From: an uncultured Gammaproteobacteria bacterium
GTDB taxonomy: Bacteria > Pseudomonadota > Gammaproteobacteria > DRLM01
Length of the DNA: 64,000 nt
Reading direction: 5' to 3'
Assembly (NCBI GenBank): GCA_963810615.1
Contig: CAWEOA010000004.1
Location: 8,874-72,873, forward strand
The notes under the pieces were generated by a model, which did no database searches, was not told the origin of the DNA, and saw nothing but the letters and a program-made list of their open reading frames with translations. This document shows, one piece after another, positions 36,905-46,610 of this stretch (positions are counted from its first letter, which is position 1; each line of letters starts with the position of its first letter). Made by a program: the position numbers and the translations under genes.

Positions 36905-38161
36905 ATGAAAACCAAACCCATAAATGAGGGCTACAGCAAGGCAATCGGTTTGTTGCATGATTGCGCTGCCGAACATGGCTTCCTCGCCTCGCCGACCAGA
37001 AACTCCAACTACCGGCGCATCTGGGGACGCGACGGCGCCATCATGGCGCTGGCGGCCCTTGTAAGTCGGGACCAGCACCTGATCAACACCGCGAGATGCA
37101 CCTTTGAGACGCTGGCGGAACATCAGGGTCCGCATGGCGAAATTCCCGCCAACATTGACCCCGGCACGAATCGAACCAGCTACGGCGGCACCGCCGGTCG
37201 AATCGACACCGACCTATGGTTCATCATCGGCTGCGGTGAATACTGGTTGGCTACGGAAGACAACCTTTTCCTGGAACGGCTATTGCCTACCCTGGAGAAG
37301 GTGCGTTTCCTACTTGGGGCCTGGGAATTCAACAATAGAGGATTACTCTACGTGCCACTGACCGGTGACTGGGCCGATGAATATCTGCACAACGGTTATG
37401 TCCTGTACGATCAGCTGCTATATCTCCAGGCGCAACGCACTCTCGCCCGCATTCACACCGCCATCCATGGTTCAAGCGACCATGGCCTGCAAGAACGGAT
37501 CGGACGCCTTCACCATCTCATCTGCACTAATTACTGGTTCGAAGACGGTGATACGGTCCCCGACGATGCCTATCATGAAGTGCTCTATAAAAAGGGTCAT
37601 AAAGCGGCGAGTCACCGTCCCGAACGGCATTGGCTCCCCTCCTTTTCTCCGACCGGCTATGGCTATCGCTTCGACAGCCTCGCTAACGTCTTGGCTTCCT
37701 TGCTGGACGTAGCCAGTGACGCACAGAGCGAAACCGTGGATGAATATATCGATAAATTTCTCGTTAGTGACGATCGATTGATATTGCCCGCATTCCACCC
37801 GGTCATCGAGCCGGTGGACGAAGACTGGGAACACTTGCAGGTGATGTTTTCCTACACCTTCAAGAACAAACCCTACGAATATCATAACGGCGGCCTTTGG
37901 CCCATGGTCACCGGATTCTATGTGGCGGCCCTGGCAAAACGCGGCCGAACCGACAGGGCCAGGCGCTTTCTCTCGGCCATACATACCGCCAATGCCTCGA
38001 CCATGGAAGGTGAAGCTTGGGGGTTCCCCGAATATCTCAACGGCAAAACCGGCGAACCCGGCGGCACCCGCTATCAAGGCTGGAGTGCGGCGGCGGCGGT
38101 CATCGGCCACCACACCGCGGCAGGGGATAAGCTATTCAAGATCGATGGGCATGACGTATAA
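36905..38161 (+). CDS. six-hairpin glycosidase, GH100 (neutral/alkaline invertase)-like or GDE_C-like
   Basis: NYRRIWGRDGAIMALAAL and GRIDTDLWFIIGCGEYW parallel the NY..VF.RD and GRV.PVDS.LWWI motifs of GH100. C-terminal YHNGGLWP. The family call is tentative. Confidence 0.6.
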   Translation: MKTKPINEGYSKAIGLLHDCAAEHGFLASPTRNSNYRRIWGRDGAIMALAALVSRDQHLINTARCTFETLAEHQGPHGEIPANIDPGTNRTSYGGTAGRIDTDLWFIIGCGEYWLATEDNLFLERLLPTLEKVRFLLGAWEFNNRGLLYVPLTGDWADEYLHNGYVLYDQLLYLQAQRTLARIHTAIHGSSDHGLQERIGRLHHLICTNYWFEDGDTVPDDAYHEVLYKKGHKAASHRPERHWLPSFSPTGYGYRFDSLANVLASLLDVASDAQSETVDEYIDKFLVSDDRLILPAFHPVIEPVDEDWEHLQVMFSYTFKNKPYEYHNGGLWPMVTGFYVAALAKRGRTDRARRFLSAIHTANASTMEGEAWGFPEYLNGKTGEPGGTRYQGWSAAAAVIGHHTAAGDKLFKIDGHDV

Positions 38162-38191
38162 AACCCTCGCATTGGTGTCGGTCAGCACGTA

Positions 38192-38205
38192 TTGACAAAT
38201 ATCAA
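38192..38205. promoter_or_regulatory. FNR-type box (9/10)
   Basis: TTGAC-AAAT-ATCAA, ~85 nt upstream of the M50 protease ATG. Confidence 0.45.
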
Positions 38206-38285
38206 GGCGCCGCCATGGCAGATTGCTTATGGTTGATATCCATTCCACAGCATTTAACCCCACATCACTTACTAAGAGGCCTATC

Positions 38286-39449
38286 ATGGAAACTCACCTA
38301 GCCCGCAACAGCGGCCCCGGGCATCGCCCGCTTTTTAGACTTTTAGGCTTCGAGGTCAAGATTGATATCAGTTGGATATTATTGGCGTTACTCATCACCT
38401 GGACCTTGGCCGTCGGCCTTTTCCCGCGCACCTACCCTGATCTCTCTCGGCCCACTTATTGGTGGATGGGAGTAGCGGGCGCTGTAGGTGTCTTCCTCTC
38501 CATCGTATTCCACGAACTGTCCCATTCCCTGGTAGCCCGCCGCTTCGGCATGCCCATCAAGGGCATTACCCTGTTTATCTTCGGTGGTGTCGCCGAAATG
38601 GAAGACGAACCGCCTAGCCCCAAGGCGGAGTTCGTGATGGCGGTCGTCGGGCCGCTGGCCAGTTTGCTGCTCGCCGGTATTTTTTTTGAGTCGGCCCGCT
38701 TCGGTGAGGCCCACTCCTGGCATACTGCCATCGTCGGAGTCCTAGCCTACCTCAGCTATCTCAATACCATCGTAGCGGTATTCAATCTGTTTCCGGCTTT
38801 CCCGCTCGATGGCGGCCGCATGTTGCGCGCCGCCTTGTGGGGCTGGAAGCGGCGCCTGACGGATGCGACCCGCATCGCCAGCCGTATCGGCAGCGGCTTT
38901 GCCTGGATACTGATGATTCTCGGCGTGGTGGCATTCGTCCGGGGAAATTTCATCGGAGGCACCTGGTGGTTTTTGATCGGCCTTTTTCTGCGCGGTGCCG
39001 CGGTGACGGCCTATCGCCAGGTGGTGATCCGCGAGACCTTACAGGGCGAAGCCATTCGCCGCCTGATGACCAGCACACCGATCAGCGTGACGCCCACCAT
39101 CACCCTCCAGCAGCTGGTGGATGACTATTTCTATAAGCACCACTTCAAAATGTTCCCGGTGGTGGAGAATGACAAGCTGTTGGGTTGCGTCACCACGCAA
39201 GATATAAAAGATACCCCCCGCCCGCAGTGGTCGGAACGAACCGTCGGTGACGTGTTAAGACCTTGTTCGGGGGACAACACGGTCTCACCCGACAGCGATA
39301 CCGCCAAGGTCCTCGCACACATGATGCTCCCGGATGCGCCCAGCCGGCTTATGGTCGTCGAAAACGAACACCTGCTGGGCGTGGTTTCGATTAAGGATCT
39401 CAAGTCCTTTATCGCCCTGAAACTCGATCTGGAGCCCACTGCCGACTGA
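38286..39449 (+). CDS. site-2 (M50) family metalloprotease with a C-terminal CBS pair
   Basis: HExxH in a TM helix (FHELSHSLVARRFG), NLFPAFPLDGGR, and two CBS motifs at the C-terminus. ATG at 38286 with AAGAGG upstream. Confidence 0.85.
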   Translation: METHLARNSGPGHRPLFRLLGFEVKIDISWILLALLITWTLAVGLFPRTYPDLSRPTYWWMGVAGAVGVFLSIVFHELSHSLVARRFGMPIKGITLFIFGGVAEMEDEPPSPKAEFVMAVVGPLASLLLAGIFFESARFGEAHSWHTAIVGVLAYLSYLNTIVAVFNLFPAFPLDGGRMLRAALWGWKRRLTDATRIASRIGSGFAWILMILGVVAFVRGNFIGGTWWFLIGLFLRGAAVTAYRQVVIRETLQGEAIRRLMTSTPISVTPTITLQQLVDDYFYKHHFKMFPVVENDKLLGCVTTQDIKDTPRPQWSERTVGDVLRPCSGDNTVSPDSDTAKVLAHMMLPDAPSRLMVVENEHLLGVVSIKDLKSFIALKLDLEPTAD

Positions 39450-39555
39450 TGCGATCATTCGTCTCGCACTATACCGCTAATTCATCGTGTATTCTTATGG
39501 GCGGCTGTGTGGTGCCAGTACACCAAAACCAATCTCCACAGACTAGACCGAACCT

Positions 39556-41391
39556 ATGAGCCAGCATCTCGCCGTCAACCTGGGACTGATCGTTGCCCTG
39601 GGCATCGCTGCCCAGTGGCTGGCGTGGCGAATACGCATACCGGCCATCATCCTGCTAGTGGCGGCGGGAGTTACCATCGGTCCAGTGCTCGGCTGGGTTC
39701 AGCCATCGCGTGACTTCGGTAACATCCTTCATGCCATGGTTGCCTTATCCGTGGCGGTGATTCTGTTCGAGGGCGGATTGAACCTGCGCTGGCACGAATA
39801 CCGTGAAACCGGTATCGACGTAATTCGCCTGGTGAGCATCGGCCTGGTGTTGACCTGGACCCTGAGTAGCATGGCCGCCCATTATATTGCGCATCTTTCA
39901 TGGCCGATCGCCGTGATTTTCGGCGCCATCATCGTGGTGACCGGTCCCACGGTCATCACCCCGTTGCTCAAACAAGCCAAGCTACAGCGCCGCCCCGCCG
40001 CCTTGCTCAAATGGGAAGGCATCATCAACGATCCCGTGGGCGCGCTGCTGGCAGTGCTGGTGTTCGAGTACTTCTCCGCATCGGAACATACACCCATTTT
40101 CATTGACGTACTTGGTGATCTGGGAATGTCCCTGGCCATTGCCGTCATCGTCGGCAGTGCCATCGCCTATATGCTCTCATGGAGTTTCCTGCGCGGACTG
40201 GTTCCCGAATATCTCAAGGCGCCGGTGATGCTGGCGACGATCCTGATCCTGTATGTCTCGCTGAATCGCTTTCAGGATGAGGCCGGCCTGTTGGCGGTAA
40301 CCGCGGCGGGCGTGGTACTTGCCAACCGCCATCTGCGCAACATCGATGAATTGCGGCGCTTCAAGGAATACATCACTGTGATCTTGGTCTCCGTGGTGTT
40401 CATCCTGCTCACCGCCGATATCGACCCCGGCGTGCTGACGCATCTCGACAGGCGCAGCGCCGCGCTGCTCGCCGCCATTATTTTCGTCGTGCGGCCCATG
40501 GCGGTATATACAGCCACTCTCGGCAGCCACATGGACTGGCGGGAGCGTTTGCTGGTGGCGTGGGTGGCGCCGCGCGGCATTGTTGCGGCGGCCGTTGCCG
40601 GCTTATTCGCGCCGCGCCTGATTGAAAAAGGCTATGCCGGCGCCGAGCAACTGCTGCCGCTGGTATTCGCCCTAATCGTCACGACCGTGGTGGTGCACGG
40701 CCTCAGCATCGGTTGGCTGGCCCGGCGCCTCAAGCTGGCGGCACAACGCGCCAATGGCCTGCTGATTGTCGGCGCCTCGCCCTGGTCGGTGGAGTTGGCG
40801 CATACGCTCCAGGATTTGAAGATGCCTACCATTCTCAGCGACACCAGCTGGAACCACTTGCACGGCGCTCGCATGGCCGGTGTCCGGCAGACACATCACG
40901 GTGAGATCCTCTCGGAACGATCCGAAGAGACGCTGGAACTCAATGAGATCAGCCATCTGCTGGCCGCCACCGCCAACGATGCCTATAACGCCCTGGTCTG
41001 CACCCGCTTTGCTCCCGAAATCGGGCACAATCAAGTGTATCAATTACCGTCCACGCACAAAGAAGAGAACGGCATCAAAGAGGTGGCGCGCACCCTGCGC
41101 GGGCGCATCGCCTTCGATGAAGACACCCGTTATGAAGATTACGTGCGTTACCACTATGAAGGATGGGAATTCCATAGCACTCAGCTCAGTGATGAATATT
41201 CGTTCGAGGATTTCACCCATGATCTGCCTCTGGACAGCATTCTGATCGTGTCCGTGAGCGCAAAGGGCGAGATAGTCCTGTTTCCCCTTCAGGACAATGC
41301 CCAACTCCAGGCAGGCGACACGATCGTCAGCTACCGGCCGCCCATGCAAACGACGAGCGACCACCTCGATACGCGTTTCTCGCCTCGCTGA
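39556..41391 (+). CDS. CPA1-type Na+(K+)/H+ antiporter (NhaP-like) with a large cytoplasmic C-terminal domain
   Basis: About 12 TM segments and an ...INDPVGALLAV... motif. The ~200-aa soluble tail includes an RCK/TrkA-C-like end (LQAGDTIVSY). Confidence 0.8.
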   Translation: MSQHLAVNLGLIVALGIAAQWLAWRIRIPAIILLVAAGVTIGPVLGWVQPSRDFGNILHAMVALSVAVILFEGGLNLRWHEYRETGIDVIRLVSIGLVLTWTLSSMAAHYIAHLSWPIAVIFGAIIVVTGPTVITPLLKQAKLQRRPAALLKWEGIINDPVGALLAVLVFEYFSASEHTPIFIDVLGDLGMSLAIAVIVGSAIAYMLSWSFLRGLVPEYLKAPVMLATILILYVSLNRFQDEAGLLAVTAAGVVLANRHLRNIDELRRFKEYITVILVSVVFILLTADIDPGVLTHLDRRSAALLAAIIFVVRPMAVYTATLGSHMDWRERLLVAWVAPRGIVAAAVAGLFAPRLIEKGYAGAEQLLPLVFALIVTTVVVHGLSIGWLARRLKLAAQRANGLLIVGASPWSVELAHTLQDLKMPTILSDTSWNHLHGARMAGVRQTHHGEILSERSEETLELNEISHLLAATANDAYNALVCTRFAPEIGHNQVYQLPSTHKEENGIKEVARTLRGRIAFDEDTRYEDYVRYHYEGWEFHSTQLSDEYSFEDFTHDLPLDSILIVSVSAKGEIVLFPLQDNAQLQAGDTIVSYRPPMQTTSDHLDTRFSPR

Positions 41392-41449
41392 CAAGCAGCG
41401 CATTATCGATAGGATTGGCCGCAAACATGCCGAACCAGGTCACAGCGGC

Positions 41450-42719
41450 TCAACGATGCCGAGATTGGGTGCGCACAAAATGCAATTGCGTGACGTCTTG
41501 CGGGAAGAGCATCTCGACATTCCATTCGAAATTGACCTGGAGCTTGCGCAACAAGGTCGGCAGCTTGAAGAGGTAAAACGCCCGCCACAACAGCCATGCC
41601 GGAAACCCGGACAGCTTCATACCGAAGATGCTGGCGACGGCGCGATGATAACCGACGCAAGCCAATTCACCCCGGGGTCTATAGGAGAAGCTGCGGGTAG
41701 CGCGGCCCTGAAGACGACGGACGATATTCTTCGCCGCCTGCTCGCCGTGCCGCACCGCGAATTGGGCGGTAGGCGGACTCAATTCGCCCGTAATGCGGTT
41801 GGGTACGGCAGCGCAGTCGCCCACCGCCCATATATTCCTCATTCCCTGCACGGACATCTCGGGCCGGGTGCTGACGCGCCCCTGCTTCTTAGGCAGTGAT
41901 AAGCGCTCGATCAGCGGACAAGGCGAAGTGCCAATGGTACATACCGCATTTCGGCTCTCCACGCGATTACCGTCTCGGTCTTCAAGGGCTTATGCGCTGA
42001 CCCGGTCGATCCGACGTATTGAGCCTCACCTGCACTCCGTGGTTTTCCAGTGCATGGCGCGCAAAATCACCGAGCGTAACTGGAAACTCGGACAGTAAGC
42101 GCTCGCCGCTTTCGATCAAGATAACCTCGAGCTCTTCGGTATCGATGTTATCGTACTGTCTGCCGGCGGCCACGAGAAAATCACGCATCGCACCCGCCAC
42201 CTCCACACCGCTGGAACCTCCTCCGATCACGCAGAAACGCGTCAAGCTGCGTCGTATTTGTCGATCGTCCTCCAATGCGGCCTGTTCCAGACGTTCGATC
42301 ATCCGATTACGCAGATAGAGCGCATCACCCAGAGTCTTGAGCGCTATGCCATGCTCGGCCATGCCCGGCACGATATCGAGATTGGCCAGGGTGCCGCAGG
42401 CCAGGACAAGATGTTCGTAAGGAAGTTCTCTAATCACCCGTTCCTTATACTGGATCCGTCTGTTAGCGAAATCGATCCCTGTCACGACGCCGCGACGATA
42501 GTCCAGTTTTTTTATAATATGGCGAAGTGGTGCGACAGTATGGGTGGGCAGCAACGAGCCGCCCACCACCTCGGGCAGCAAGGGGGTATACAGCATATAG
42601 GTCTCTTCACTGAGCAAAACGGCGCGCCATCCTGCAGGCAGTTCCTTGGCAAGCTGCTGCATGACCGCGGTCCCCGCAAACCCTCCTCCCACGACAACAA
42701 TGTTGCGGGAGTGCATCAT
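41450..42719 (-). pseudogene. ndh: type II NADH dehydrogenase (NDH-2) disrupted by a frameshift and an in-frame TAA
   Basis: The N-terminal part (IVVVGGGFAGT..., VIGGGSSGVEVAG...) ends at 41982. The C-terminal part (VWAVGDCAAVP...) runs 41450-41962. Between 41990 and 42025 the frame changes, and the continuing frame contains TAA at 41990-41992. Confidence 0.7.
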
Positions 42720-42798
42720 TGATTTTCCGGATTCAGAGATTGGAGCAATCGAGACCTCTGGTGCGTATGTATGATTGCGGTTAACGGCTGTCTTGCCC

Positions 42799-43254
42799 TT
42801 AATGGTGAACATAAACTTCCTTTAGGACATTTATCACATCCTCGTAGGGCAACTCCGCGGACGACTCACCTTTGCCGCCTCCAGGAATATTGGCGACTAC
42901 GTCTCCCATGGACAACATACCCACCAGCCTGCCGTCCCCGTCAACGACCGGCAGTCGCAGCACCTTGGCGTTCGCCATCAATTTGATGGCATCTTTAACA
43001 TCCTGTTCCGTACTGCAGCCGATGATCCGGCCGTCCTTCACAGCGGTCACCGGGATATCAGACAACAGACGATGCTGCGTAGCACCCGCGATGGAGATGT
43101 CGCGATCGGTAATCATACTAACCGATTTGCCTTCGGCATCCGTCACCGGCACAACGCCGCAATCCTTGTTCCACATCATCATCGCCACCGTTGCTAAATC
43201 CGTGCTGGAAGAACAGGTTACAATCTCGCTCATCATAATGTCTTTCACTCTCAT
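42799..43254 (-). CDS. CBS-pair domain protein
   Basis: MRVKDIMMSEIVTCS...GVVPVTD and ...VLRLPVVDGDGRLVGMLSMGDV form two CBS motifs. ATG at 43254 with GGAGG upstream. Confidence 0.8.
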   Translation of the reverse strand: MRVKDIMMSEIVTCSSSTDLATVAMMMWNKDCGVVPVTDAEGKSVSMITDRDISIAGATQHRLLSDIPVTAVKDGRIIGCSTEQDVKDAIKLMANAKVLRLPVVDGDGRLVGMLSMGDVVANIPGGGKGESSAELPYEDVINVLKEVYVHH

Positions 43255-43373
43255 AGCTATCGCCTCCTCTGCATTATTTATCGCTTCGCCTTTCGCCCCC
43301 GGCGCGCGTATAGGACCCGTGCGCGCCTCATCCGGGCACAAAGCAAAAATACAGTTCCAAGACCCACCGCACA

Positions 43374-43387
43374 TTGAAATATGTCAA
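43374..43387. promoter_or_regulatory. FNR-type box (8/10)
   Basis: TTGAA-ATAT-GTCAA, ~125 nt upstream of the CBS gene start (minus strand). Confidence 0.3.
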
Positions 43388-43466
43388 TACGCCGTGATAC
43401 CACATCGCCCCAGGGCAACGAATGTGGAGAGAGGAAAATAGCGGCATATTACGCCGGAAACGTGCA

Positions 43467-43480
43467 TTGATATATTTCAA
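43467..43480. promoter_or_regulatory. FNR-type box (9/10)
   Basis: TTGAT-ATAT-TTCAA, in the divergent spacer between the CBS/ndh and PLD operons. Confidence 0.45.
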
Positions 43481-43704
43481 TGTCACAGACGTAGTGGTAA
43501 TCGTACATTGGGAAACACGCAATCCGGCGTTCGTCGAGCGGCCACAATAAATCACGACGAAGCTCCCGGTATTTCCATAGATTGCAGGCTTCCGCAGTTC
43601 TTTGCATACATGAGCGGAAAAATCGCTGACGGGTATTGTGGCTGACATAGTCCTGACCCATTTGCATGAGGATATTCCTGCCGGAGGGAGTAATACAATT
43701 CGCC

Positions 43705-45114
43705 ATGACTAAACATCTAATCCTCAAACCAGGCCGCAACTGCTGGCGCATAGAACACGCCGATCGGGTCGCCTTTCTCATCGATGGGAACGATTATTTC
43801 CGCGCTCTATATGACGGCATCATCCGCGCCCGGCACTTGATTCAGATCCTGGCCTGGGACATCGACAGCCGCTTCGAGCTGGTGCGCAATACTCCGCAAC
43901 CCTCGCCATGGCCCAGCCGCCTGGGTGATTTGCTGAACGCAGTGATCAAGCGTCGCCCCAACCTACACGCCTATGTCCTCGATTGGGACTTCGCCATGAT
44001 CTACGCCTCCGCCCGCGAATTCCTGCCCATCTACAAATTCGACTGGAGGACCAATCGCCGTCTGCAGTTCCATCTGGACGACAGTCATCCCATTGGTGCA
44101 TCGCAGCATCAGAAGGTAGTGGTCATCGATGACACACTCGCCTTTGCGGGCGGATTGGATATCACCAAAGGGCGCTGGGATACCTCCGAACACCGCCCGC
44201 TGGATCCGCGCCGCTGCGAAGGTGACGATCAACCCCATCGCCCTTATCACGATGTGCAGCTGGCGGTTTCGGGCGATGCCGCCGCCGCCCTGGGTGATTT
44301 GTCGCGCCGGCGCTGGGCGCGCACCGGACGTCAATCTATACCGCCGCCGCACTCAACGGGCGATCCCTGGCCGCCCGCACTGCAAGTGGATTTGACCGAC
44401 GTCACGGTCGCCATCGCCCGCACCGAACCGCACTATCTCGACCGTCCCGAGATACGCGAAGTCGAGGCACTCTATCTGGACGCCATCGCCGCCGCCCACC
44501 GCCTGATTTACATCGAGAATCAATATTTCACCGCTGGCCGGGTGTGCGAGGCCTTGGCGCAACGGCTGGAAGAGATGGATGGACCGGAAGTCGTACTGGT
44601 CCTGCCCTTGAAGACCGACGGCTGGCTGGCCCAGAACACCTTGGACGTGATGCGGGAACGCTTGATCAAACGCCTGCAATATGCAGATCGCCACGGCCGT
44701 CTGCGCGTCTATTATCCCTATGTGCCGCATCAGGATAAACAGGCGATCAATGTTCACGCCAAGGTGCTGGTCGTCGATGATGAACTGCTGCGGGTCGGAT
44801 CGGCCAATCTCAATAACCGCTCCATGGGCCTGGACAGCGAATGCGATCTCGCCATAGAGGCCTGCGGCGAAGCGCGGATTCAACAGGCAATCGCCGGTTT
44901 CCGCAATCGGCTGCTGGGTGAGCACCTGCAGACCGCGCCGCGGGAGGTCGCGCACATGATCGCGACCAAGGCTTCGGCGATTGCCGGGATCGAGGCCTTG
45001 CGCAGTGCAGAACGCAGCCTGCGGACCTTGCCGCTGGATACCGCGCCGCAGGCGAATATCGATCTCTCCACCGCGGAAATGATTGACCCGGAGCGACCCC
45101 GTCGATCCGGATGA
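43705..45114 (+). CDS. phospholipase D / cardiolipin-synthase-like protein (two HKD motifs)
   Basis: HQKVVVIDD...GGLD and HAKVLVVDD...GSANLNNRS. Start taken at MTKHLILKPGRNCW (43705). Confidence 0.85.
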   Translation: MTKHLILKPGRNCWRIEHADRVAFLIDGNDYFRALYDGIIRARHLIQILAWDIDSRFELVRNTPQPSPWPSRLGDLLNAVIKRRPNLHAYVLDWDFAMIYASAREFLPIYKFDWRTNRRLQFHLDDSHPIGASQHQKVVVIDDTLAFAGGLDITKGRWDTSEHRPLDPRRCEGDDQPHRPYHDVQLAVSGDAAAALGDLSRRRWARTGRQSIPPPHSTGDPWPPALQVDLTDVTVAIARTEPHYLDRPEIREVEALYLDAIAAAHRLIYIENQYFTAGRVCEALAQRLEEMDGPEVVLVLPLKTDGWLAQNTLDVMRERLIKRLQYADRHGRLRVYYPYVPHQDKQAINVHAKVLVVDDELLRVGSANLNNRSMGLDSECDLAIEACGEARIQQAIAGFRNRLLGEHLQTAPREVAHMIATKASAIAGIEALRSAERSLRTLPLDTAPQANIDLSTAEMIDPERPRRSG

Positions 45115-45889
45115 ACTCATCCGTCAATTCGTGGATGACGGTGAGCGTCCTTCCGCACGGCGACGCATCATATGGTGGGTAGTCTCGCTGCTGGCGGTCG
45201 TGATGCTGGCGGCGGCCTGGCGCTGGACGCCGCTCAATCACTGGCTGAGCATCGACATGCTGTATGCCGGCATAATGCAGCTCAAGCATCTGCCGGCGAT
45301 ACCCTTGCTGATCCTGGCGGCTTATATAATTGGCAGTATCATCTCCATACCCATCACCTTACTCGTCATCGCCACCATACTGGCCTTCGGTCCGTGGCCG
45401 GGTTTCGCGTATGCCTTCGCCGGCTCCATACTCGGTGCCCTCGGCAGCTTCGCTCTCGGCCGCCTGCTGGGACGCAACACAGTGCGCCAGCTGGCGGGAT
45501 CACGGCTGAACGCCTTAAGCCGCCGTCTGGCGCGGCGCGGCGTATTGGCGATCGTCGCGGTGCGCGTCATCCCCATCGCACCGTTCACCGTCATCAATAT
45601 GGTGGCCGGCGCCTCCCATATCCGCTTTCGTGACTTCCTGCTTGGAACCGGCATCGGCATGGCGCCGGGCATCATCGCCATATCCCTGTTTACCGATCGC
45701 ATCGTCGCCAGCATCGAGTCACCCGATCTCGGCAGCTTCTCCACGCTGGCAGCTGGTCGGCGCCGTCATCCTAGTTGCGGCATTCGCATTGCGGCGCTGG
45801 CTGAAAAATCAGCCTGCAGCCTCGCGGGACACGCCGCACCCATCTTGAATCAGTATCTCGATAAACGAACAGCATGCAGGAACGACTGA
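45083..45889 (+). CDS. TVP38/TMEM64 (DedA-related) membrane protein, probable 3' frameshift
   Basis: VRVIPIAPFTVINMVAGASHIRFRDFLLGTGIGMAPG is the family core. After ~45748 the annotated frame turns Cys/Arg-rich. The frame of ORF 45630-45848 encodes a proper last TM segment (LVGAVILVAAFALRRWLKNQ). Confidence 0.7.
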   Translation: MTRSDPVDPDELIRQFVDDGERPSARRRIIWWVVSLLAVVMLAAAWRWTPLNHWLSIDMLYAGIMQLKHLPAIPLLILAAYIIGSIISIPITLLVIATILAFGPWPGFAYAFAGSILGALGSFALGRLLGRNTVRQLAGSRLNALSRRLARRGVLAIVAVRVIPIAPFTVINMVAGASHIRFRDFLLGTGIGMAPGIIAISLFTDRIVASIESPDLGSFSTLAAGRRRHPSCGIRIAALAEKSACSLAGHAAPILNQYLDKRTACRND

Positions 45890-46569
45890 AACTGGCGACT
45901 TACAACATCCATCGCTGCATCGGCGCGGATGGTCTGGCCCTGCCCGAGAGAATCTTGTCGGTGCTCGATGAAATGAACGCCGATGTCATTGCACTCCAGG
46001 AAGTGGAATTGCATCACGAGCCTGCATTGAATCTGCTTGCCTATCTTGCCCGACACACTGGCTTCACGCCGATCGCCGGCCCGACCGTCACCCATGCCGA
46101 ATCGGGCTATGGCAATGCTCTGCTTACCCGTCTGCCCATACTCGCCGTGCGACGCATCGATCTCAGCCTTCCCGGCCGCGACCCCCGCGGCGCGATCGAT
46201 ACGCGCCTCGACTGGCGGGGTCGCCAGCTACATCTGATCGCGACCCATCTCGGACTCAATCCCGGTGAACGACGCGATCAGGTGAGGCGATTGCTGAAAC
46301 TGCTCGATGTCAGCGGTGATGATCTAACCATTCTCATGGGCGATATCAACGAATGGTTCCTTTGGGGTCGTCCACTGCGCTGGCTGAATCGCGTGTTCCC
46401 GGTCTCGCAACGGCACCGCACTTTTCCCGCCCGCTGGCCCTTGTTCGCATTGGACCGCATCTGGGTATATCCACCGTCCGCTTTGGCGGGTGTTGCAACC
46501 CACGACAGCAAGCTTGCCCGAACCGCCTCTGATCATCTTCCTCTAAAGGCAGTACTCGAGAAGACCTGA
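45874..46569 (+). CDS. endonuclease/exonuclease/phosphatase (EEP) family protein
   Basis: LKLATYNIHRCIG, VIALQEVE, GDINEW and SDHLPL motifs. Confidence 0.85.
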   Translation: MQERLKLATYNIHRCIGADGLALPERILSVLDEMNADVIALQEVELHHEPALNLLAYLARHTGFTPIAGPTVTHAESGYGNALLTRLPILAVRRIDLSLPGRDPRGAIDTRLDWRGRQLHLIATHLGLNPGERRDQVRRLLKLLDVSGDDLTILMGDINEWFLWGRPLRWLNRVFPVSQRHRTFPARWPLFALDRIWVYPPSALAGVATHDSKLARTASDHLPLKAVLEKT

Positions 46570-46610
46570 TGATTGACCCGCTGATTCTCCGTTAGCGACG
46601 ACGATGTCGT

